Source of the DNA: Acidobacteriota bacterium
Lineage (GTDB): Bacteria > Acidobacteriota > Aminicenantia > Aminicenantales > Aminicenantaceae
Direction: 5' to 3'
Assembly (NCBI GenBank): GCA_018894615.1
Contig: JAHIPL010000132.1
Location: forward strand, 1 to 46,150
Length of the DNA: 46,150 nucleotides
Positions 9,677 through 17,373 of the stretch are shown here, piece by piece; the stretch's first letter is position 1; the number at the start of each line of letters is the position of its first letter. Position numbers and translations under genes: made by a program. Below the pieces are notes generated by a model, which was given only the letters and a program-made list of their open reading frames with translations, made no database searches and was not told the origin of the DNA.

Positions 9677-12600
9677 ATGGAATCAACATTCATCCATCTG
9701 CACAATCATTCCGAATTCAGTATTCTCGACGGAGCATTCAAAACAAAAAATCTGATTAAAACCGTCTCCGAAATGAATATGCCGGCAGTGGCCTTGACCG
9801 ACCATGGGAACATCTTCGGGGCCGTCACTTTTGCCCGGCAGGCCAGAGAAAAAAATATTAATCCCATCATCGGCTGCGAGGTCTATGTCGCTCCCGGAAG
9901 CCGGAAGGAAAAAAAACACAAGGCTCATGAACCGCTGCACTTCCATCTCGTGCTGCTCGCCAAAAATGAAGAGGGATACACCAATCTCTGCCGATTGATA
10001 TCCAGCGGATATCTGGAGGGTTTTTATTACCGCCCCCGAATCGACAAGGAGATTCTGTCCCGGCACAAGGACGGCCTGATCGCGCTCTCCGGCTGTCTGA
10101 AGGGGGAAGTCAGCTATTATCTCCACCTGGGCCAGGAGGAAAGGGCTGAGAAAGCGGCGCTGGAGTATGCGGCGATTTTCCCCCCGGAGCATTTCTATGT
10201 CGAGCTTCAGGACCATGGCCTTCCCCCGCAGCAGAAGATCCGGCCGGAATTGATACGGTTGGCCCGAAAACTCGAGCTGCCTCTGGTGGCCACGAACGAT
10301 GTCCATTACCTGAACAAAGAGGACGCAAAAAGCCACGATATTCTGCTCTGTGTCCAGACGAATAAAAAAGTCACCGATTCGGACCGCATCCGTTTCGGAA
10401 CGCAGGAATTTTATTTTAAAACCGCAGAGGAGATGACGGAGCTGTTCCATGATGTCCCCGATGCTTTGTCAAACACGGGCAAAATTGCGGACCGCTGTGA
10501 TTATCATTTTCCGGATGCGGGATATTTTCTGCCCCATTTCAAGCCGCCTGAAGATCTTAAGCTGCGCGATTATTTTGAAAAGGTTGTGCGCGAAGGATTC
10601 CGGAAAAAAATGATGCAGCTGACGGAAAGAATGGGAAAAGGGGACATCCCATCCAGAGAGGTGTATGAAGAACGCCTGGAAAAGGAAATCCGCCTTGTCG
10701 AGCAAATGAATTTTGAGGGATATTTTCTCATTGTCTGGGATATGATAAGAGAGGCGAGGAGACGGAAAATTCCGGTCGGCCCCGGTCGAGGCAGCGCCGC
10801 CGGCAGCCTTCTCGCATTCAGCCTGGGCATCACGGCCATCGATCCAATGGAATATGATCTTCTGTTTGAGAGGTTTCTCAATCCCGAGAGAATCAGCCTG
10901 CCGGATATCGATATCGATTTTTGCGGGAGGCGGCGGGAAGAAGTCATCGAATACGTAACCGGCAAGTACGGACGGGAGAACGTTTGTCAGATCATCACTT
11001 TCGGGACGATGGCAGCCAGAGCGTCGGTGCGCGACATCGGACGGGCTCTGGAGGTTCCCCTGCCCCAGGTGGACATGATCGCCAAGCTCATCCCCCCCCT
11101 CGGGCCTGATGCCCACATCGCCGCCGCCGTTAAAAAGATTCCTCAGCTGCGGGAGATGCAAAAACAGGACGACAAAATTTCGGAACTCCTGGCGATTGCC
11201 CAAAAACTGGAGGGCCAGGTCCGCCATCCCTCCATTCATGCTGCGGGAATCGTCATCACGCCCAGGCCACTGGTTGAGTTTTTGCCCCTTTATCAGTCGG
11301 TCAAGGGAGAAATCACAACCCAGTTTCCAATGGGGGATATCGAAGCGATCGGGCTCCTCAAAATGGACATTCTCGGACTGCGCAATCTCACCGTCATTCA
11401 GGACTGTCTGGATATGGTCAAGCGGGACCTGGATGTCGCTCTTGATGTCGAGAGCATCCCCCTGGATGATGAACTCACGTTCACCCTTTTTCAGAATGGA
11501 AGGACAGACGGCGTCTTCCAGTTTGAAAGTTCCGGCATGAAGGATCTTCTTCGGCGGTATAAACCGGAAACATTCAGGGACCTGATTGCTCTCAATGCGC
11601 TCTATCGGCCCGGACCGCTGCAGAGCGGAATGACGGAAGAATTCATCCAGTGCAAAAATGATCCCGAACGCATTCGCTACGAGTTTCCCGAGATGGAGCT
11701 TATCCTGAAGGAAACCAAGGGGATGATCGTCTATCAGGAACAGGTCATGCGCATCGCGACGGATCTGGCTGGTTTTTCCATGGCGGAAGCGGATATTCTC
11801 CGCAAAGCCATGGGAAAGAAAAACGAGTCCGTGATGAAGGACCAGCAGAAAAACTTCGTCAGCGGCGCCGGGGAAAAAGGAATGAAGGCATCCGATGCCA
11901 ATAAGATTTTTGAACAGATCAACTATTTCGCCGGATACGGATTCAACAAATCCCACAGCGCGGCCTATGCCTATCTCGCTTTTCACACGGCCTATCTTAA
12001 AGCCCACTATCCGCAGTATTTTCTGGCGGCCCTTCTCACTTCGGAAGCGGAGCGTGGAGCCACGGCCCAAGTGGTGAAATACATCCATGAATGCAAAGAG
12101 ATGGGGATCACCGTTCTTCCTCCGGACATCAATAAAAGTGAGCTCCATTTCAAGGTGGAAGGCGGGGGCATACGTTTCGGTCTTGCAGCCGTTAAAAATA
12201 TAGGAGAGGGCGCCATCCTGTCTCTGATCGAAGCCCGCCGCCGGCGAAAGGCCTTTTCCTCACCTTTTGAACTCTGCGAGGACCTGGATTCCAAAGCGCT
12301 GAATAAAAAGGTGATCGAAGGATTGATCAAATCGGGAGCCATGGATTCTCTCGGCTGGAAGCGGTCGCAGCTGTTTCATCTGATCGACGAAATCATCAAT
12401 TATTCCCATGCCCTTCAAAAAATGAAAAAATCCGCCCAGAATCCCCTTTTCCCCCAAAGCCACGTCATCAATCCGGTCATTCCGGCGGAAGTGAAGGGGA
12501 TGCGGGAGTGGGACGAATCGCTGCTGCTGTCCTACGAAAAGGATTCTCTGGGATTCTACGTCACGGGTCATCCACTGACGCAATACGGCGGTCGTCTGCG

Positions 12601-13153
12601 TCAACTGGTATCCCACGCCATCAAGGACCTGGATGAGGAAAAGGATTTCAACAGAGAAATCACCCTCGCCGGCATTATTTCGGGATTCAAGCCCCTCAAA
12701 ACAAAAAAAGACGAACGGATGGCGACCTTCACCATAGAAGACCTGGGCGGGCGAATCGATGTCGTCGCATTTCCGGATGCCTTCAGAGTCAGCGAAGATG
12801 CGCTGCATGATGACTGCCTGGTATGGATACGAGGCAAATTCCTGGGTGAAGAGGATAACAGGCGGATCCAAATCCTTCAGGCCATGCTTCTCGAGGAGGC
12901 GTTTAAAAAGCAGGCCAAGCGGGTGGTCTTTCGAATATTCTTGCCGGGAATCGAAAAATCCGTTTTTTTGGAACTTAAAGACATACTTGAAAAATTTGCC
13001 GGAGAGTGTCCGGCCTCGTTTGAACTCGAAACACCGCGCAAGAGCCGTGTCGTTCTTCGTTCCATCGATATTCAGGGAGTTGAGCCTTCTGAAAAGCTGA
13101 TCGCCGCCGTGCAGGGGATATTAGGAGAAAACAGCGTCCATGTGGAGTACTGA
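9677..13153 (+). CDS. dnaE: DNA polymerase III alpha subunit
   Basis: PHP HLHNHSEFS, GPGRGSAAGS, PDIDIDF, KMDILGL, GYGFNKSHS; no intein-sized insertion; start taken at ATG 9677. Confidence 0.98.
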   Translation: MESTFIHLHNHSEFSILDGAFKTKNLIKTVSEMNMPAVALTDHGNIFGAVTFARQAREKNINPIIGCEVYVAPGSRKEKKHKAHEPLHFHLVLLAKNEEGYTNLCRLISSGYLEGFYYRPRIDKEILSRHKDGLIALSGCLKGEVSYYLHLGQEERAEKAALEYAAIFPPEHFYVELQDHGLPPQQKIRPELIRLARKLELPLVATNDVHYLNKEDAKSHDILLCVQTNKKVTDSDRIRFGTQEFYFKTAEEMTELFHDVPDALSNTGKIADRCDYHFPDAGYFLPHFKPPEDLKLRDYFEKVVREGFRKKMMQLTERMGKGDIPSREVYEERLEKEIRLVEQMNFEGYFLIVWDMIREARRRKIPVGPGRGSAAGSLLAFSLGITAIDPMEYDLLFERFLNPERISLPDIDIDFCGRRREEVIEYVTGKYGRENVCQIITFGTMAARASVRDIGRALEVPLPQVDMIAKLIPPLGPDAHIAAAVKKIPQLREMQKQDDKISELLAIAQKLEGQVRHPSIHAAGIVITPRPLVEFLPLYQSVKGEITTQFPMGDIEAIGLLKMDILGLRNLTVIQDCLDMVKRDLDVALDVESIPLDDELTFTLFQNGRTDGVFQFESSGMKDLLRRYKPETFRDLIALNALYRPGPLQSGMTEEFIQCKNDPERIRYEFPEMELILKETKGMIVYQEQVMRIATDLAGFSMAEADILRKAMGKKNESVMKDQQKNFVSGAGEKGMKASDANKIFEQINYFAGYGFNKSHSAAYAYLAFHTAYLKAHYPQYFLAALLTSEAERGATAQVVKYIHECKEMGITVLPPDINKSELHFKVEGGGIRFGLAAVKNIGEGAILSLIEARRRRKAFSSPFELCEDLDSKALNKKVIEGLIKSGAMDSLGWKRSQLFHLIDEIINYSHALQKMKKSAQNPLFPQSHVINPVIPAEVKGMREWDESLLLSYEKDSLGFYVTGHPLTQYGGRLRQLVSHAIKDLDEEKDFNREITLAGIISGFKPLKTKKDERMATFTIEDLGGRIDVVAFPDAFRVSEDALHDDCLVWIRGKFLGEEDNRRIQILQAMLLEEAFKKQAKRVVFRIFLPGIEKSVFLELKDILEKFAGECPASFELETPRKSRVVLRSIDIQGVEPSEKLIAAVQGILGENSVHVEY

Positions 13154-13640
13154 AAGAAAAGGTCCGCTGGTTGTGTGTATTGTCGAAAGCAGTCCGGCCG
13201 TCTGCTCCATCCTTCGCCTTTCCCTGAGAGAACCCGAGTTCCTTCTGCGTTTTTTCTCCGATATTCCGGCACTTCATGAGTCTATTTCTCAGGAACGTCC
13301 CGATGTTCTTCTGATGAATATATCCTTCCGGCAGGGAATTACCGGTTCCATTCCCTTCATTCTGCTCGCCGGGGCTTTTGACGTGCTCCCCCCTTCGCTT
13401 CCTGAACCGCCGACCTGCCGAGCGTTTGTCCGTGTGCCGTTTGATTCCGGGGAACTGGCCCGTTTGGTTCGATCGATCGGTCGGGAGGGAAACCATGGTC
13501 CGGGAGGAACAGCGGAGATAAAACCTTCAGACAATATCATACCCGCTCCCCCGGATTTGGAGAGGCGGGTCCGACGGATCGTGCAGGAGGAACTGCAAAA
13601 AAGGGATAAAGAATATGGAATTCCGGAGGAGCCGGAATAA
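13140..13640 (+). CDS. Degenerate (pseudo) receiver-domain protein with a short C-terminal helix
   Basis: Receiver-like order VCIVESS / PDVLLMNIS / PFILLAGAFD / RVPFDSGEL with the phosphorylation residues substituted; C-terminal ERRVRRIVQEELQKR. Confidence 0.6.
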   Translation: MWSTERKGPLVVCIVESSPAVCSILRLSLREPEFLLRFFSDIPALHESISQERPDVLLMNISFRQGITGSIPFILLAGAFDVLPPSLPEPPTCRAFVRVPFDSGELARLVRSIGREGNHGPGGTAEIKPSDNIIPAPPDLERRVRRIVQEELQKRDKEYGIPEEPE

Positions 13641-13653
13641 AGGAGGACATCCC

Positions 13654-14418
13654 GTGCTGATTACCGTCGACATTGGCAACACAAACACGGCTATCGGTGT
13701 ATTCAGGGAGGAGAGTTTGATCGCCCAGTGGAGGGTTTCATCCGACCGGGATAAAACAAGCGATGAGTATGCTGTCCTGCTGATGAATTTTCTGACGATG
13801 GCATCGGTCGCAAAGGAGGGAATAAGAGGGATGATCATCTCCAGTGTCGTTCCCCCCTTAACTCCGGTGTTCCAGCAGTTGTGCCGAAGGCACTTCCGGT
13901 TCAAACCCATGGTGGTCGGACCGGGACTGAAAACAGGGATGCCCATCCTTTATGAAAACCCGCATGAGGTCGGTGCCGACCGGATTGTGGCCTCTGTTGC
14001 CGCCTATGTCAAATACACCCGGCCGGTGATTATCTGCGATTTCGGGACCGCGACCACCTTTGATGCGGTTTCGGGAAAGGGGGAATACATGGGAGGAGCG
14101 ATTGCGCCCGGATTCAAAATCGCGGCGGAAGCGCTCTATCTCCGTACGGCCAAACTGCCCCATGTGGAGATCCTGAAACCGGAGGGCATCATCGGGAAGA
14201 CAACGGTCACCAGCATACAATCGGGGATTTATTACGGATATATCGGACTGGTCACTCACATCATTCAGGAGATGAAAAAGGAGATGGAGGGGCCGGTTGT
14301 CGTCGTTTCAACCGGAGGATTCGGCGAAGAGGTGTTCAACGACATCGATATCATCGACTATTATGAGCCCTCCCTTATTCTCGATGGCCTGGCTTTCCTT
14401 TTCAGGAAAAATTCTTGA
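13654..14418 (+). CDS. coaX: Type III pantothenate kinase
   Basis: VDIGNT, EVGADR, DFGTATT, GGAIAPG; GTG start at 13654 after AGGAGG (13641). Confidence 0.95.
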   Translation: MLITVDIGNTNTAIGVFREESLIAQWRVSSDRDKTSDEYAVLLMNFLTMASVAKEGIRGMIISSVVPPLTPVFQQLCRRHFRFKPMVVGPGLKTGMPILYENPHEVGADRIVASVAAYVKYTRPVIICDFGTATTFDAVSGKGEYMGGAIAPGFKIAAEALYLRTAKLPHVEILKPEGIIGKTTVTSIQSGIYYGYIGLVTHIIQEMKKEMEGPVVVVSTGGFGEEVFNDIDIIDYYEPSLILDGLAFLFRKNS

Positions 14419-14479
14419 GAGGAAACCGCCGAGGGACCGGGGAGGAGCTGCCGGAGCGCGTAAAGCGGGCTTGAGGGCG

Positions 14480-15112
14480 ATGGAACGGAGAAGCGATTAT
14501 TACCGGACAATCGCCCGTCTCTTTTTAAAAGAGAGGGGAGCGCCGTTGGTTCTTTCCTCTGGTGACATGAATCAGATTCGGGCCTGGGAGAACAAGGGGA
14601 TCCCCCTTCACGCCGTGACCGAAGGGATTCGTCTGCATTTCAGGCGGCCTGCCTCCCGGAACCGCACCCGGGGAGGCGTTTTGCCATTATCCGCCTGCTC
14701 CGTTTCCGTTGAAAAAGCCTATGACATGTTTCGGTCCCGCAGAGTCGGATCCGACGGACGAAGAATAAGCCGGAGGAAAAAATACAGGGCGGCCCTCGAG
14801 CGGATTGAATCCTTTCTGCAAAACGTGACCCCTGAAGCGCAGATCCTCCTATCGGTCATTCTTGAAGCCCGCGACATTTTCCGTTCCGATTCCGTAGACG
14901 AAGACCTGTTGGAAAAACTGGAAAATCGGCTGGAGGAGATTATGGCCGGCATGATTCTTCCGTCCGAAATGGGACAGAGAAGAAGTGCGGCAGCGGAGGA
15001 TTACCCGGAATTGAAGGATGAGGAACGGGAGCGGATCGCGTTTTTATTCGCCTGCCGGGACGTGCGGGACAAATATGGGATCCCTTATTTGTCCGTTCAT
15101 TATTACGAATGA
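14480..15112 (+). CDS. Conserved hypothetical protein, N-terminus resembling a DnaD-like helical domain
   Basis: ATG at 14480 after GAGGG; LVLSSGDMNQIRAWENKGIPLHAVTEGI pattern; fills the gap between coaX and the next gene. Confidence 0.6.
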   Translation: MERRSDYYRTIARLFLKERGAPLVLSSGDMNQIRAWENKGIPLHAVTEGIRLHFRRPASRNRTRGGVLPLSACSVSVEKAYDMFRSRRVGSDGRRISRRKKYRAALERIESFLQNVTPEAQILLSVILEARDIFRSDSVDEDLLEKLENRLEEIMAGMILPSEMGQRRSAAAEDYPELKDEERERIAFLFACRDVRDKYGIPYLSVHYYE

Positions 15113-15161
15113 AGGAATGAGTTTGATTGTGGGTGAGTGAAATGACGCAGGAGAAGAGACG

Positions 15162-16262
15162 ATGATGACCTGTACATTCGATGCGGTGCTTGATCAGCAG
15201 GAAAAAGAGCGGAATTTTCGATGTGTTGTTCGTTTTGCGGAAAAAGATTATGCCGCTGAGATGAGCCGGTTTCCGCAAAAAAGGGAGGAAGGGGAACAAC
15301 CGGCCTTTTATTTTGTCCGTTCCAGCCAGCCCATTCCTCTGGTGTGGAAACATCCATTCATTTATACCAAGGAAAAGGAAAGCGGTGCCGCAGGAAAGGC
15401 AACGGTCCTTTTTCCCGGGGCGAACAGGGTGACAGGGAAAAAAGAAATGGCTCGAAGGGGCATGCTGTTTCTTCTGTCTGAAGGGGTGGAGGAGATGGTG
15501 CGCGCCGTTGTGGATGAAGCGGGGATTCAAGGGATCATCCAAGAGCGGCTCGTTGATTTTTCAGGGCTCTCCGTTCAGGATCTGACGGAGCGGAGCGTCC
15601 TGCTGGAATCCAAAGGACATCTTCGCATCCTCTCCTTTTCCCCGCTCTTTTTTCTTTCACAGACCAGTTTTGAGAATCTCTGCTCAAAGATCGTTCAGCA
15701 TCTGACCCGCTTCCACGAGGGGCATCCGACCCTGATGGGACTGAATAAAAAAAAGATCCGGCAGCGGTTTGACGTGCATCCGCGTATTTTGACCCTGGCC
15801 CTCAAGAATCTGGTCCGGGCTCAGATGATAAGGGAAGGGGATGAATATATCGCCCTTGCAGATTTCCAGATTCATCTCTCTTCATCGGATGAAAAAGTTC
15901 TGGCCCACCTCGAAGACATCTACCTTGAGGGGCATTTTCAGTCGGAGTCTCTTGAAAGTCTGCGACGCAAGCTCAACGTGGCACCCCATAAGTTGGATCA
16001 GTTGATTTCCCTTCTTATCGAAAGGGAGAGGGTGGTGCAGTCCAAAGACGGGTATATTCTTCATGCCGACTGGCTGGATGACCTGGTCGCCAAACTGAAA
16101 TCCCTGGAGAAGAGGGAGCTGACGGTTTCCGAATTTAAAGACATGACAGGCCTGACGAGGAAGTATGCCATTCCTCTTCTTGAACTGCTCGATCAGATGA
16201 ACATCACCCGCCGCAGAGGATCGGTGCGGGAAATCGTATCGGAGGGAGAACGAGGGAAATGA
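15162..16262 (+). CDS. SelB C-terminal (winged-helix, SECIS-binding) domain protein lacking the GTPase domain
   Basis: C-terminus LTVSEFKDMTGLTRKYAIPLLELLDQMNITRRRGSVR matches SelB WH4; FHEGHPTLMGL matches WH2; no P-loop in 366 aa; own RBS AGGAGA. Confidence 0.8.
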   Translation: MMTCTFDAVLDQQEKERNFRCVVRFAEKDYAAEMSRFPQKREEGEQPAFYFVRSSQPIPLVWKHPFIYTKEKESGAAGKATVLFPGANRVTGKKEMARRGMLFLLSEGVEEMVRAVVDEAGIQGIIQERLVDFSGLSVQDLTERSVLLESKGHLRILSFSPLFFLSQTSFENLCSKIVQHLTRFHEGHPTLMGLNKKKIRQRFDVHPRILTLALKNLVRAQMIREGDEYIALADFQIHLSSSDEKVLAHLEDIYLEGHFQSESLESLRRKLNVAPHKLDQLISLLIERERVVQSKDGYILHADWLDDLVAKLKSLEKRELTVSEFKDMTGLTRKYAIPLLELLDQMNITRRRGSVREIVSEGERGK

Positions 16263-17284
16263 AGGAATGGATGCCGCCCGGTGATATAAGGGTGATCCGG
16301 ACCGTGGATGCCCATACGGCCGGAGAGCCCCTTCGTATCATTGTCGAGGGAATTCCGGAAATTCCGGGATCGACCATTCTGGAGAAAAGACGTTTTGCAA
16401 AAAAAAATCTGGATTGGATCCGAACGGCATTGATGTGGGAACCGCGAGGACATGCCGACATGTATGGATGTTACCTGACGGAAGCCGAAAAACCTGATGG
16501 AACGCTGGGTGTGATCTTTCTGCACAACGATGGCTACAGCACGATGTGCGGACACGGTATCATCGCGCTGGCGACGGCACTGGTTGAAACCGGCCGGATA
16601 GAACCGGACGGCGGGACCGCTCAGATTAACTTTGACACGCCCGCCGGAAGAGTGACGGCCCGGGTTGAAAGCGTGGAGGGCCGAGCGGAGAGGGTTTCTT
16701 TCGAGAACGTGCCTTCCTTTGTCTACGCGCTGGACCGGTCATTTGATATTCCGGGCGTGGGTCGGATCCTGGTGGATGTTGCCTACGGTGGGGCTTTTTA
16801 TGTCTTCTGCAGGGCTGAGGATTTCGGTTTTCGCCTCGTGGCCGAGGAATTCAATAAACTGATCGCCGCCGGAAAAGCGGTGAAAAAGGCCGTATCTTCC
16901 GCTCTTGACATTCGGCATCCTGAAAATCCCGATCTGGGTTTTCTGTACGGGACGATTTTTATCGGGCCGCCTCACGATTCAGGGAACCATTCACGAAATG
17001 TATGTGTGTTCGCTGAGGGTGAAGTGGATCGCAGCCCGACGGGAACCGGGATCAGCGCGCGAGCGGCCATCCACCACGCCAGGGGTGAACTATCCCTTGG
17101 CTCGTATTTCTCCGTTGAAAGCATTCTGGGGACATGTTTGACTGGCCGGGCGGTCCGAACCGCACAGGTCGGTTCTTTTTCCGCAGTGGTTCCCGAAGTT
17201 TCAGGAACGGCCTATTTGACGGGCCGCCACGAATTCTTTCTTAATCCGGACGATCCTCTCCATCAAGGATTCCTGTTCCGTTGA
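16259..17284 (+). CDS. Proline racemase family, Cys/Thr type (predicted trans-3-hydroxy-L-proline dehydratase)
   Basis: DAHTAGEP, EPRGHADMYG, YSTMCGHG (catalytic Cys), DRSPTGTG (Thr in place of the second Cys); ATGA overlap with the upstream gene. Confidence 0.85.
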   Translation: MKEWMPPGDIRVIRTVDAHTAGEPLRIIVEGIPEIPGSTILEKRRFAKKNLDWIRTALMWEPRGHADMYGCYLTEAEKPDGTLGVIFLHNDGYSTMCGHGIIALATALVETGRIEPDGGTAQINFDTPAGRVTARVESVEGRAERVSFENVPSFVYALDRSFDIPGVGRILVDVAYGGAFYVFCRAEDFGFRLVAEEFNKLIAAGKAVKKAVSSALDIRHPENPDLGFLYGTIFIGPPHDSGNHSRNVCVFAEGEVDRSPTGTGISARAAIHHARGELSLGSYFSVESILGTCLTGRAVRTAQVGSFSAVVPEVSGTAYLTGRHEFFLNPDDPLHQGFLFR

Positions 17285-17373
17285 TAAAGGACCCCTTCCC
17301 TCTGTGGATCTTGTTTTCCTAAAGGGAGTATCTCTGGTAAGACCACTGTCTATTTTTAAATGGGAGGCTGTGA

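Noticed and set aside
15113-17284. Searched for in-frame TGA/SECIS selenoprotein signals near the SelB-like gene
   Set aside because: Neighbouring ORFs are uninterrupted; the TGA at 46133-46135 is preceded by TAA TAA, so it is not a Sec codon
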